A stretch of 63,860 nt of DNA, counting the filler, from Squatina squatina (Eukaryota): the NCBI GenBank assembly GCA_031763465.1. It is 4 parts of 4 records of this genome, joined end to end, with 100 filler letters (N's around TTAATTAATTAA, not from the genome) between each part and the next. Parts side by side here need not be neighbours in the genome. Positions count along the whole stretch, not along the records: positions 27,398 to 48,457 come from JARFOE010000013.1; 3 more parts are not named here. One strand, 5' to 3'. Position 1 is the first letter of the stretch. Every line of letters begins with the position of its first letter. Below are positions 34,736 to 46,943 of this stretch, piece by piece. The notes under the pieces were generated by a model. It saw only the letters and a program-made list of their open reading frames with translations. It made no database searches and was not told the origin of the DNA. Position numbers and translations under genes: made by a program.

Positions 34736-35759
34736 GGGATCCTCATTTTAAACATATGCAGTATGTCAAAATCCAGCTTAGAAAATAATGTGTATAAAGG
34801 ATTTCCTACTCCTGAGTGTACTGGTTTTTAATTACAGAAAGTGCTCTCTTCTCATTTGAATCTTTTTTTGTTTCATTTAAAAATAAAATTCTTCCTGTTA
34901 CACACGTGCAGAGTTACAGAGGTCACCGCAGTCTGGCTGACTTGCAAGCGAAGGGGTTTTTCTTCAAAAAAAAATACTTTGCACGTGGTTTACCATAAAA
35001 TTTATCATGAATTTTCTCCCTCATGGCTATAAGAGTTTGTGATAACATCTTGAAATGACACAAGATGGCATCCAACTGTCTTCTTGGGTAAATGATGGCC
35101 ACTGTGCATTTGGGTTTTGGCTGGCTAAATTGTCCAGTCTGATGTTTACTGCCCTTCATTCTGCCATCATTGTGTCCAGTGCAATGAGATGGGGCCAGTT
35201 ACTGAGCGTTTTATGCCAAACACCAGCACTTTGCCAAGAGAGCCACCCTGTTTATCTCCCTCTCCAACCAACCCCTCTCTATATGTTCACCCCCACCCAC
35301 CATTCTCCCTCCTTCTGTACCACTGTCCAGTTTAAATCTAACCAAGGCTGNNNNNNNNNNNNNNNNNNNNNNNNNNNNNNNNNNNNNNNNNNNNNNNNNN
35401 NNNNNNNNNNNNNNNNNNNNNNNNNNNNNNNNNNNNNNNNNNNNNNNNNNNNNNNNNNNNNNNNNNNNNNNNNNNNNNNNNNNNNNNNNNTGTGTTTTTA
35501 TCCTCCCCCTTTCAAAGTTTACCCGCCATTTATTTTACCATCGAGGCACACAAGATTGGGAAATGGCTGGAGGGAAAAGAGAGGGGGGGTTATAACATGA
35601 GGGAGAGTGCCCATCACAGGGGCCTGGGCTCCAGCCCTTCAAGACCTTACCCTAAGGTACTGCTTCTCGAAACAATCCAAACTCCTATTTTTGGTACCCT
35701 CTCCCGTCCAACCTCCAAAATCACATTTCATTGCCTAAATGTAAGTTTCATTGGCAACT

Positions 35760-36245
35760 CACCGTGTCGCAATTAAATAAATCAATTGATAAGGACATAT
35801 TTTGATCACTTACTCGGTCGGGTGCTCTGGGTCATAAGCGTCCCCCATCATCACCGAGCGGCGCTATTTTACTCAAAACATTCAGCATTAAAAAGAAAAA
35901 ATAATAATAAAACAACGAGAAAAAAAAAATCTCCCAACGATTCTCCGAGCCGGCGTGTAAATTTCCTCCTTTGTAAATTTATTTTCCACCTTCGTTTGGA
36001 ACGTTGAGACTTTTCCTCCCGGAGCGAGTGGCAACTCGATGTTCCGAAATTAGAATCCCGGCGCCCGCGACGTTCCAAAATCGAACCTTTTTGTATCAAT
36101 TCTCTCTTCCGATCTGATACAAATGTTGTCCTTCAGCTTCATTCCATACTCGCTGCTCCGCCGCCGGTCGCCGTGTNNNNNNNNNNCCTTCCTATATATT
36201 ATTGTACCGTGTGTGTACATATATATACCAGGCACACGATCGTTT
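35760..36245 (-). promoter_or_regulatory. SETD2 CpG-rich promoter / 5' UTR
   Basis: CpG-dense block (CCGCCGCCGGTCGCCG etc.) directly upstream of the start codon. Confidence 0.7.
35814..35851 (-). CDS. SETD2: SETD2 first coding exon (MMGDAYDPEHPT+GA)
   Basis: Matches human MGDFYDPEHPT; GA|GTAAGT donor; in-frame TAG five codons upstream. Confidence 0.92.
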
Positions 36246-36517
36246 TTTAATCCCTGTTTTGCCTCTGCAAAAAAAATTGCAAAGTGAAAAAAAATCTTTC
36301 ATCAGAAAGGAACGGAATTTTTTACGTTTAAAGCCATTTTAATCTGTATTTTCTTTCTGGTTTCTCTCTTGTTTTAAGCACACATCATATATGAGTGTGT
36401 GTATTTTTTTAGCCTCGAGAAAGAACACTGGGACGATGTACGTCGCTCCGCAACAAACGGAAATGAACCGAGAAGAGTTTTTTTTAAGTGACTGGGACTT
36501 TCCTGTGAAACTGACAG

Positions 36518-36898
36518 TTGCCCGGGCCAATTGAAAGTGCCTGGCCGGCTTGTGAGTTACTGCTGAAAATCGTCAGGTTTGTGTCTGTTTCTCCGCAGTT
36601 AGTCGTTTGTTTGTTTTTGGAATAACTGCTGATTTTTTTCTACCGTAAAAAAAAATCTGCAGCAGACATGACTCAAAAAAACACACTTGGCAATAACTTG
36701 GGGAACAAAGGAATCTTGGTTCGTTAGTTCGACTTATAAATCATTTTTTTCAAAATTCCTTTCCTGCAACTTTTTTTTTTAAATGGATCGGGTTCAACAG
36801 GAACTTTGTCCATTCGGAGAAATGCAGATTGGGATGTTGAGAGGCAATTTCATGAAGTTCGTTAACCGCCAGGCACTTTCAGGTTTTATCCAGGCAAC
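36518..36898. repeat. ~380-bp segment bounded by ~31-bp imperfect inverted repeats (MITE-like)
   Basis: TTGCCCGGGCCAATTGAAAGTGCCTGGCCGG ... CCGCCAGGCACTTTCAGGTTTTATCCAGGCAAC. Confidence 0.6.
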
Positions 36899-37034
36899 AG
36901 ACTGTGACCAATTGAATTAATGTATAACACAGTACTGTATGATAACCGTGCATTGCTGGTGTGTTCATAGTTTTTGGAGACAGCAGAAAGTTAAGCTGAT
37001 TTCAGACCCCCCACCTTTGGCGCAGTTGAATCCG

Positions 37035-37310
37035 AGAATTTTATAGCACAGAAGGAGGCCACTCTACCCATCATGCCTGTGAAAAAGCTATGTAATTAGT
37101 CCCACTCTCCTGCTCTTTTCCCATAGTCCACCAAAATTTTGCTTTTCAAATATATAGAAATATATCCAATTCCCTTCAGAAAATTGCTATTAAATCTGCT
37201 TTACACCACCCTTTCAGGCAGTGCGTTTCAGATCATAACAAATTCTCCTCATCTCCCCAATGGTTCTTTTGCCAATTATCTTAAATCAGTGTCCTCTGGT
37301 TACCGACCCT
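37035..37310 (-). mobile_element. CR1 LINE 3' end
   Basis: Reverse complement of the family at 40165-40478 (GCACAGAAGGAGGCCA...TAATTAGTCCCACTC). Confidence 0.8.
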
Positions 37311-37409
37311 CCCGCCTTAGTACTTTGGTTCCTCAGTACCCTTCACCTACCTGGGGGAAGGACACTTGGCTTAGTGGTGGCCTTCCCACTTCGAATTCAG
37401 AAGGTGCAA

Positions 37410-37632
37410 GATTCCAAGTTCCCCTCCGAGTCACACACCACACTATTGGAAATATATCATTGTCACTGGGTCAAAATCCTGGAACTCCCTCCCTAACAGC
37501 ACTGTGGGAGTTCCTTCACCAAAAGGACTGCAATGGTTCAGGAAGGCGGCTCATCACCACCTTCTCAAGGGCAATAAGGGATGGGCAATAAATGCTGGCC
37601 TGACCAGCGACGCCCACATCTCAGGAACAAAT
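37410..37632 (+). mobile_element. LINE 3' end whose tail is shared with the SINE at 38560
   Basis: KSWNSLPNSTVGVPSPKGLQWFRKAAHHHLLKGN then GGGATGGGCAATAAATGCTGGCC. Confidence 0.8.
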
Positions 37633-38559
37633 TTAGAAAAGCATCAGTATTGCAGGATTTCTTGTTGGAGGCCAGGAGGAGTGGGACTTGTTCCTTGTGG
37701 TTCTGATACATTGGAAGGAGCAGCACTCCATCAGTTGGCAGGCAGTATGTGGCCTTTGATCCTTACAGGTTGATTTGCAGGTCACTTGTAAAGGGCTACT
37801 GGAGGCAAGAGGTGCAGTGTTCCCAGTGTGTTATACAAACTCATCCCCATTTCTTTTAGCATGGCTGTACATTAGCAGCCGAGCCTGTTAATCAATTACC
37901 CACACCATGCAATTGCCCTGTGCTTTAATTGAAATCTATATCTACGCTATGAAAGGTTGATAATTCTCTCTGATTTAGAACATTAATATCCTGGGTTCCT
38001 GTTGGTTGCCAACTAGTTAATCAGGCACAACCAAGGCCGCTATAGTTTTTATTCCCTTTTAAATTGGGATGTTGCTTTTCTGGAGTATGTAGCACTCTCT
38101 TCAGGGAATGAAACCTCACATAGCTCAGTCAACCAATCAGGGAGACCTGGCCACCTTTACTGGGATGGACCAAGTTATACATTTTGGAAAACTGACAGGA
38201 TTAGCCGGCCACTAGACTGTCGTGTGTAAGTGCATGTTAAGATATAGACACATCACAACAAAAGATACATTACAAAATGCAGGTTACAAAGTAAGATTCT
38301 GGAAGGTCAGCTTGGGAACATCACTTCCAGGGTCTTCTCCAATTCACACACCATCCTGACTCGTGTTCCTTCATCGGCACTGGATCATAAACAGGAGCAG
38401 GAACCCTGGCTGATCATTCCTGTGATGGTAATCAGGAGATGGGACCCTCGCTAACCCAAGGCTACTGAAACTATCCCAACTACAGTCACAAAATGTTCAT
38501 TTAAATAGTGAGAAACATGAGGGACAACCCATATTCGGGACACTTATTTTTTATGGGAT

Positions 38560-39020
38560 ATGGCAGCATAGTGGTTATGTTACTGGACTAGTAACACAGA
38601 GACCTGGTCTAATAATCCAGGAGACAGGAGTTCATAATCCCACCATGGCAGCTAGAAGAATTTAAATTCAGTTAATTAAATAATTAACACAGTGACCATG
38701 AAACTATCGGATTGTTGTAAAAACCCATCTGGTTCACTAATGTCCTTTAGGAAGGAAACCTGCCGTCCTTATCCGGTCTGGCCTAAATGTGACTCCAGAC
38801 CCACAGCAATGTGATTGACACTTAACTGCCCCTCTGAAATGGCCCAGCAAGCCGTTCAGTTGTACCAAACTGCTGCAACAAAGGTAGCACTGTGGGAGTA
38901 CCTTCACCACACGGACTGCAGCGGTTCAAGAAGGCAGCTCACCATCAACTTCTCAATGGCATCTGGGGAGGGGCAATAAATGCCGACCTTGCCAGCGACA
39001 CCCACATCCCAGGAACTAAT
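38560..39020 (+). mobile_element. tRNA-derived SINE, near full length
   Basis: Head GGCAGCATAGTGGTTATGTTACTGGACTAGTAA...GAGTTCATAATCCC; body GGTTCACTAATGTCCTTTAGGAAGGAAACCTGCCGTCC; LINE-derived tail. Confidence 0.8.
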
Positions 39021-39540
39021 ACATTTTTAAAAGTCAAGAAGTCAACAACAGCTTCATATTGAGAAATAGTAAGGCAAGGACCTTATTTAGTCACTGCGCT
39101 TTTGGCTCTCACACTGCTCCAGTCATTGAGTATTGGTCATAATGAAAGAAAATAAGATCTTGCATTTATTTGGCACCTTTCACGTCCTCAGGATGTCCCA
39201 AAGTGTTTTACAGCCAATGAAATGCATTGGAAGTGCAGTCACTGTTGTAATCTAAGGCTAATGAATGGCGGTGCAGGCTCGAAGGGCTGAATGGCCTACT
39301 TCTGCGCCTATTTTCTATGTTTCTAATGCTGGAGTTCCACAGTCCAAGGAGACTTCTCAGTGCATGGCCTACATCAAGGCTACCCAAAAGAATTTTCAGG
39401 TCAATGAATTCTGCCACCAGTACTTCCTCAACCCACCCATGAACCACAGGTGGTACAGATCGGGAAGCGGCCATTTAAAGGGATCTTTGTCTACAGCAAG
39501 AGAAAGCTGGAAGCAGGTCTGGCACTCATCTTTTCTTTAT

Positions 39541-39780
39541 GCTCAGGTGGATGTAAAAGATCCCGCAGGACTATTTCAAAGAACAGGGCCCTGGTCAATA
39601 TTTACCCCTCAACCAGTATCACTAAAAGAGATTAACCGATCATTTATCACTTTGCTGTTTGTGGGAGCTTGCTGTGCACAAATTAGCTGACCAATTTCCG
39701 ACATTACAGCAGTGACCACGCTTCAAAAGTACTTCATTGGCTGCAAAGCGTTTTGGGACATTTTTTCTTTTCATTCTTTT
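39541..39780 (+). mobile_element. DeuSINE 3' half
   Basis: CAGGTGGATGTAAAAGATCCC...CTTCAAAAGTACTTCATTGGCTGCAAAGCGTTTTGGGAC. Confidence 0.85.
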
Positions 39781-40164
39781 GGGAGAATTGAACCTTCCTT
39801 CAATTCACCTCTTTGCTGATGATTATATTTCAATGAGCTTGAAATCAGCTGCACTATTTACTCCACAACCCGCCCCCGGAACTTCCAGCCCGCACCCTTG
39901 AGGGGCTGTTGCAGCCCAGCAAACAGCTGGACTTCCCAGCTTTTCTAATTGGCGAGCTTCAGCGCAATTAGTGCAGGCAGCTCCACTCCTGCTCGCTCCT
40001 GTGGCCCGACTACTAAAATCGATTGGGCCTTCTGTCGCGTGATCGGGTAAGGTGGTGCAGTCATNNNNNNNNNNNNNNNNNNNNNNNNNNNNNNNNNNNN
40101 NNNNNNNNNNNNNNNNNNNNNNNNNNNNNNNNNNNNNNNNNNNNNNNNNNNNNNNNNNNNNNNN

Positions 40165-40478
40165 CAGGGGCGGGAAGGTCAGTAACCAGAGGGACTCAGA
40201 TTGAAGATAATCGGCAAAAGAACCAGAGGGGAGGTGAGGGGAATTTTTTTTCTGCAGGGAGTTGTTGTGATCTGGAACGCGCTGCCTGAAAGGGCGGTGG
40301 AAGCAGATTCAATAGTAACTTTCTAAAGGGAGTTGGATAAATGCTATTTAAAAAATGAAAAATTTGCAAAGCTGTGGGGAAAGAGCAGGGGGAGTGGGAC
40401 TAATTGGATCGCTCTTTCACAGAGCTGGCCCAAGCACGATGGGCCGAATGGCCTCCTTCCATGCTGTGAGATTCTATG
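40165..40478 (+). mobile_element. CR1 LINE 3' end
   Basis: VVVIWNALPERAVEADSI; GGGCCGAATGGCCTCCTTCCATGCTGT tail. Confidence 0.85.
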
Positions 40479-41689
40479 AACACTCTGCTGCATTTTGGCA
40501 ATGCGGCACCTGAAGCTGGATGGCCCGTGGTTTTCCTGGGCACTGTCGACTGACCACTGAATCGTATCACCACCTTCTCGGAGCAACTAGGGAGGGTCAC
40601 TGAATGCCTACCTTGACATGATTTAAATTAAAGGCCAATCGGCCAGGCTCATTAAATGGGATGTCAGAGGTGTAGATCTGGTCACTGGGGGCTGGAATTC
40701 CTCCCACACGGTTCCAGGAAATTTTGCAACCCAACATCCCAGCCAATGGGGTGGCATTAGCAGGGAAAGCTTTGGTAAGCTGTGTGGTGTTAGTTGGTTA
40801 AACTCTTGCAATGCCCCTACACAGACTAAGAGATGCTAAAGCTTCAACTCTGCCAACCTGCACCTAATCTCTGACCTGGGGTAAGTAGGGTGTTGCCCCA
40901 ATGGGGTGAGAACGTATTAGGTAAACAGAAATGCGACTGTTGGGTTTTGCTTTCTCACCAGCTAGGGTTGCAGACTCACAACCATAGACTTTCTCTGCTG
41001 TGGGATTGATACTTTAACCCCACTATTTAAGAAAGGAGGGAGAGAGAAAACAGGGAATTACAGACCCATTAGCCTGACATCAGAAGTCGAGAAAATGCTG
41101 GAGTCTATTATAAAGGATGCAATAACAGACACATTGTGGGTCTCGAGTCACATATAGGCCAGACCGGGTAATGACGGCAGATTCCCTTCNNNNNNNNNNN
41201 NNNNNNNNNNNNNNNNNNNNNNNNNNNNNNNNNNNNNNNNNNNNNNNNNNNNNNNNNNNNNNNNNNNNNNNNNNNNNNNNNNNNNNNNNCAACCTTTCCT
41301 CCATAACCAGGATCAACCTAGTGAATCTTCTCTGAACTGCCTCCAATGCAAGTATATCTTTCCTTAGATAAGGGAACCAAAACTGTACGCAGTCTTGCTC
41401 CTTCTCTCCGTAATTTCTCAAAGTGCTTCACGCAAATACATTTCTTCAAAGTGCAGTGATGGCCATGTAGGTGAACTTGGCAGTCATTTTGCAAATAAAA
41501 GATCCCACAAGCAGCAATTAGATGAATGACTGGTTGATCTGTTTTTGGTTGAGGGAGGAATGTTGGCCAGGACTACTTCCTACTCTACTTTCAATAGTGT
41601 CATGGCATCCTTAAAATCTATCTGAACCATTGAAATAGGTACAGAGTTTTACCTGATGCGCACCTTGGGGCTGAGTGGTCTTCCCTTAC

Positions 41690-41869
41690 CTGTCAGCAGC
41701 CGCACCCTGCACTGGTCGACCAGCCTCTGGCAGTACTGCAGCTCCACCCGCAGGTCTCGCAATGCGTCAAAGTCACGCCGGTAATGCTGTTTCAGATTCT
41801 TCAGCTGCATGATTAGATTAAACTCATCTTCGTCGATTATGGGGTCACCTTGTTCGTTCATGTACTCAC
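41690..41869 (-). CDS. KIF9: Kinesin-like protein KIF9, C-terminal coiled-coil exon
   Basis: IIDEDEFNLIMQLKNLKQHYRRDFDALRDLRVELQYCQRLVDQCRVRLL vs human IIDEEEFLLILKLKDLKKQYRSEYQDLRDLRAEIQYCQHLVDQCRHRLL; CAG acceptor, G|GTAAGG donor, 180 nt. Confidence 0.92.
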
Positions 41870-42519
41870 CTGTCAGGTATGGAAAGAACCAACAATCAAA
41901 CAAGTTCGGGCATTTTCAGGCAATGGTCTTTAGTACAGTATAAGCACAATGAGCTATATTGAGGATAATAGGTGGCCGTGAGTCAAGTACAACTCTGGTA
42001 ATGAATTACATAGGATATCTGAATTATATACAGTTTAAGAGACAGCTGGTAATGAGCTATGTTAACGATTGCTTCTGACCTACTGCTGGCCAACTATTAT
42101 CCTTCATTATCTCGCCCAAGTGTCCATTCTTACTGCTTGAGCCGATAAAGNNNNNNNNNNNNNNNNNNNNNNNNNNNNNNNNNNNNNNNNNNNNNNNNNN
42201 NNNNNNNNNNNNNNNNNNNNNNNNNNNNNNNNNNNNNNNNNNNNNNNNNNGCGGTGTGTACTAGTTGTTCTGCACTAAGACTTGTTCTGCAGCATTTCCA
42301 TCACCACCGCCACCTAGAAGGACAAGGGCAGCAGGTGCATGGACCGCAGCGGTTCCAGATAAAGGCTCACCACCATCTTCTCAAGGGCAACTGGAGATGG
42401 GTAATATTTAGCCTTGCCAATGACATCCATATTCCGAGAATGAATTAAAAAATAATACACAAGCCCCTCAATACCCTCAGGGACAAACACACATCCATGT
42501 CTCTCTGTAAGGTCCTTAC

Positions 42520-42584
42520 CGTTTCCTCGATTTGAGCAGCCTCTCCGTAGATATTTGCCACTAAGATGGTGTTGCAGGTCCCAC
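42520..42584 (-). CDS. KIF9: KIF9 motor-domain exon
   Basis: GGTCNTILVANIYGEAAQIEET vs human GGNCNMVLVTNIYGEAAQLEET; CTCTTTAG acceptor, ACG|GTAAGG donor. Confidence 0.92.
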
Positions 42585-43330
42585 CTAAAGAGAGTTGACA
42601 GCAAATCGGCTGCTTTAAACACTGCACTTTAAAACTGAAAATTGAATTCCTGAAGTTGATCAGAGAATTATGTCAAAGTGTGCAAATTAATCATTAGGAA
42701 GTTAGGAGTAAGAAAGGAAACTTATTTTCACTCGAAGGATGATAGAAAAGCTACCAGAGAAAGCCATGGAAATGGATGGTATAAATGAGTTGAAAAGACA
42801 ATTGGATGGGTTTTTGAAAGAGAAGGAATAGGGTGATATGGTAAGAAGGCAGTTTGTTCTATCAAGGAATGGCTGATGCCGAATGGCCTTTTTCTGTCTG
42901 TAAAATGTCTTAATTGTTTATCCACTGTGCCGGTGAATGCTTTTTCTGTTAGCTTGTGGCAATTGGAGAGAATTGCAGTGTAGATCAAAATCGCATGCAA
43001 TTTTATTTTAATACATTTACAACGTCGCTACACATAGTGACTGGGGCAATTCTTNNNNNNNNNNNNNNNNNNNNNNNNNNNNNNNNNNNNNNNNNNNNNN
43101 NNNNNNNNNNNNNNNNNNNNNNNNNNNNNNNNNNNNNNNNNNNNNNNNNNNNNNATCAGGAGTTAACACTTTGGCTGGATTTCCAATCCCCTCACCCCCA
43201 ATGAATCAGCATCATAATGGTCGGGGGCATGAGCCACTGTTAGAGATTTTGTAAAACCGTTCAACAAGCAAAAAAAGTGACCTGGCCAAACAACAAAAAA
43301 AAAACACAGGAAAAATGCTCCATTGACTCA

Positions 43331-43456
<126 letters not shown>

Positions 43457-43951
43457 CTAAGTTAAATAAAATCAAATTCAGCAATGAAAACAAAGCTTCC
43501 ATCTCCTCCAGCTCTCGTCTAGATTCTGATTTTATTATATGCAAAATAATGGCCATATTAATTCTACATAAAAACTGCTGGCTGCTTCTAACTCTATGTG
43601 AAACGTATTTTGTGCAGTATTGGGTCCAGTTATTAATGGTCACAATTCTACAGCACTAAACTGCCCACAATTTGACATTAAGTGGAAATCTCATTCAGAG
43701 AGGCCAGAACAGTGTAAAGTGGGCCTTACTTTGTATTTAACCCATGCTGTAGTTGTCCTGGACATGTATGATGGGAAGAGGGAGCTTTACCCTGTATCTA
43801 ACCTATTGTACCTACCTGGGTGTGTTTGAGGGAATAGTATAGAGCAAGTTTNNNNNNNNNNNNNNNNNNNNNNNNNNNNNNNNNNNNNNNNNNNNNNNNN
43901 NNNNNNNNNNNNNNNNNNNNNNNNNNNNNNNNNNNNNNNNNNNNNNNNNNN

Positions 43952-44160
43952 CCCTCATGAGCATCCCTGATTTAAATCGTTCAACTACTGGCAGCCGTGC
44001 CTTCAGCTGCCAAGGCCTTAGGCTCTGGAAATCCCTCCCTGAAGCTCTCCGCCTCTCTACCTCTTTCTCCTCCTTTAGAAAGCTCCTCAAAACCTACCTC
44101 TTTGACCAAGATGTTGGCCATCTGCCCTAATTTCTCCTTATGTGCCTCGGGTGTCAAACT
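43952..44160 (+). mobile_element. L2-type LINE 3' fragment
   Basis: GCCTTCAGCTGCCAAGGCCTTAGGCTCTGGAAATCCCTCCC...AAAACCTACCTCTTTGACCAA; copies on - at 45810 and 53155. Confidence 0.8.
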
Positions 44161-44622
44161 AATCATAACTGTCAACCTTTATCAATTAGTCTCCAAGAAA
44201 CCCTGAAATGGCATGAGGAAAACCACAGCAGCAGAGAGCTTTGGGAACCATAGATCCAAAGTCACCTGTTCCTCCCAAGCATACTACACTTACCATATGT
44301 CTCGAATCAAATTACTTATATGCTGTTCCCCAAAATGCTATTTTCTGAAAGAAGTCTATAAATTTGCATTTGAAAGAATCAATGCTTTCATTCAGGAGAT
44401 TAAATGGATGGGTTGCAGTTCATGAACCGTTAGCGTGTACAGGGTCTGCATTAAGAGATTAAACGGTTGGGGCAGAGTCCATGATAGAGTGTACAGAGTC
44501 TGAAAGAGAAGATTAAATGGGTGGGTAGAGACTACGGTAGTGTTGATTGTACAGAGACTGTGAAAGGAGTGTGCTTAATGGGTCAAATGGCCTTTTCAAT
44601 GCTTGCCAGGTACATCAGTTAC

Positions 44623-44772
44623 CTGGAACTTGGAACGGCTCTCCCCACGCTCATGCTCCCGACGTAGCGAGCTGCTCATTAGTGAGTCATAACAGGAATT
44701 CCAGAAGCTGGACATCTGATCGTGGCTTTTGGCAAATGTGTCTGACTCGTACTGAAGCATGGCTTTCAGAAC
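44623..44772 (-). CDS. NBEAL2: NBEAL2 exon upstream of the PH-BEACH region
   Basis: YESDTFAKSHDQMSSFWNSCYDSLMSSSLRREHERGESRSKFQ vs human FEMDTYAKSHDLMSGFWNACYDMLMSSGQRRQWERAQSRRAFQ; 150 nt with AG/GT ends. Confidence 0.92.
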
Positions 44773-44849
44773 CTGCAAAAACATAGATAGGTACATCCAC
44801 TGAAAGCTGACACATCAAATAAAACACATCAACAAGAAAAAAAGACAGA

Positions 44850-45010
44850 ATAGTCTTGGTAAGGTAAGAGAAGGGAAGGTAGGATAAGGTTGGCTTGAAA
44901 AGGTAAAATAAGATTCAATAGGATAGGATAAGATTGGATTTGGATAAGGTACGGTAAGATAGGATAAAAGAGAATAAGATTTGATAGGATAGGATGGAAT
45001 AAGAGAAGAT
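44850..45010. repeat. Degenerate pentamer satellite (ATAGG/ATAAG)n
   Basis: gataggataggataagattgg... Confidence 0.7.
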
Positions 45011-45809
45011 ACCAGCACAAGAAGATCAAGCAGGCAAGGTAACACCAGTGAAGACAGAGTGGGGGATGTGACTCCTTGGCTTGGGCAAGGGGGCAGCTGA
45101 GCAGGGGAAGATACAAGAGGACCAAGTCAGGGAGGAATTAATAGGGCAGGCATAGGGACCAAGTGGGGATAGAGATTCCAGGATGGAAATGAAGACCAAG
45201 AAGGGAGGAAGATATCAGGGAATCATGTGGGCAGAGAGGAGGACAGGGTGGTAGATGAGATCCCCAGACAGACTGGTGGCCTGAGCTGGGGATATCATCT
45301 CAGGTTAGACTGGAGGCCTGAGCTGCGGATATCATCTCAGGACAGACTGATGGAGTGGGTGAAGAGATTCCCGAATAGAGAAGACCACTGATCCAGAGCA
45401 GGAGCAGGGACAGCAGGCTCGACAGGCAGACTGAACTGGGGAGAAGACAGTGGGATGGACAGAATGAGTGACTGGGGAGATGATGCTTGAACAGACATGA
45501 GGAATGAGCAGAAAAGAACACATTGGGAGGTGGTACCTGGACTGTTTTTTTTTAAATTAAGAAAACTATGTCAAGTGTCAAGAGTCATACAACGCAAGGT
45601 ACCATCAAGTCGGATAAAAGACAAGATAAATCAAGATCGGGTTTTAAATGCCTGAAGGCCGTAGAAGAAAGGAATGACTGATGGACATGAGGAGTCACAC
45701 AGTTTTGAGATGGGAAAGATTGAGATTAGAAGCCAACAACGGTGAGGTTAGTGCTAACTGCACTTCCGTGAGAACAGTCCCAGAATGCCACACATAAAAT
45801 CATGCAAAT

Positions 45810-46050
45810 CGCAACAACAACTTGCATTTATACAGTGCCTTTATGAAGTAAAACGTGCCAAGGCACTTCGCAGTTATCAAACAAAATTTGACGCCGAAAC
45901 ACATTGGTCAAAGAGGTAGGTTTTAAGGAGTGCCTTAAAGGAGGAGAGAGAGGTGGAGCGGCAGAGAGGTTTAGGGAGGGGATTCCAGAGCTTAAGGCCT
46001 TGGCAGCTGAAGGCACGGCCGTCAATGGCGGAGCAATTAAAATCGGGGTT
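45810..46050 (-). mobile_element. L2-type LINE 3' end
   Basis: (CAA)n CTTGCATTTATACAGTGCCTTT tail on + strand; homologous to 43952-44160. Confidence 0.8.
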
Positions 46051-46294
46051 NNNNNNNNNNNNNNNNNNNNNNNNNNNNNNNNNNNNNNNNNNNNNNNNNN
46101 NNNNNNNNNNNNNNNNNNNNNNNNNNNNNNNNNNNNNNNNNNNNNNNNNNCCTACTCCTGTTCGTATTTTCTATGTTTTCTATGACCTTTCATCGTAGTA
46201 GGATAATGGACATGGAGATTTACTCTAACTTTGTGCTGTGCTGTAAGCCTGCCTGGGATGCGGACAACAGATGTCAAAAGTGGAAATCCCTCAT

Positions 46295-46660
46295 CTTGGA
46301 CATAGCAACATGAGTAGGTCATTTAGCCCCTCAAACCTATTGCATCATTCAATTAGATCTTGGATGATTTGTACCTCAACTCTCATGACCCGTCTTTGCT
46401 TAACACCATTACCCAACAAAACTACCCCTTTCAGTTTTAAAAATTTCAATTGTTCCCCAGCATCCACAGCCTTTTGGGGCAGAGAATTCCAGATTTCTAC
46501 TACCCTTTGTGTGGAAAAAGTGCTTCCCAATTTCACTCCAAGGTGGCCTAACTATCCTCACAATTTAGCACCAGTATCATTTTGGTAAATATGCATTGTA
46601 CCCACTCTGGGCCAATATATCCTTCCTGAGGTGAAGTGCCCAGAACTGAATGCAATGTGA
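46295..46660 (-). mobile_element. CR1 LINE 3' fragment
   Basis: TQRVVEIWNSLPQKAVDAG; CIQFWALHLRKDIL. Confidence 0.8.
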
Positions 46661-46705
46661 AGAATACATAAATATAATAATAAAAACCAAGGAGGGCTGC
46701 GATAC

Positions 46706-46943
46706 CTGTGGGTTGCTAGTATTGGAAGCATCATCACTGGGGAGATTCTCCTGGTAGCTGCTGTCATCCAGAACATTGGAGAGACTGGAACTTTTCCATG
46801 TCCGAATCCCTGGGAAGGGTTTGAAATTCTCCATAGGAGACGGCGTTTCGGATGTGCTGACTGGAGTCAGGTTTCCACTCCCCATGGTGGTAAAGGAACT
46901 GGCACTCCCCAATTCCATTCCCAGATCAAAGGACGGGAGCGTG
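46706..46943 (-). CDS. NBEAL2: NBEAL2 exon, 3' part (5' part in gap)
   Basis: TPSPMENFKPFPG...SSSLSNVLDDSSYQENLPSDDASNTSNPQ vs human TPSPLDGPRPFPA...SSSLSNVLEDGSLPEPTISGDDTSNTSNPQ; CAG|GTATCG donor. Confidence 0.9.
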
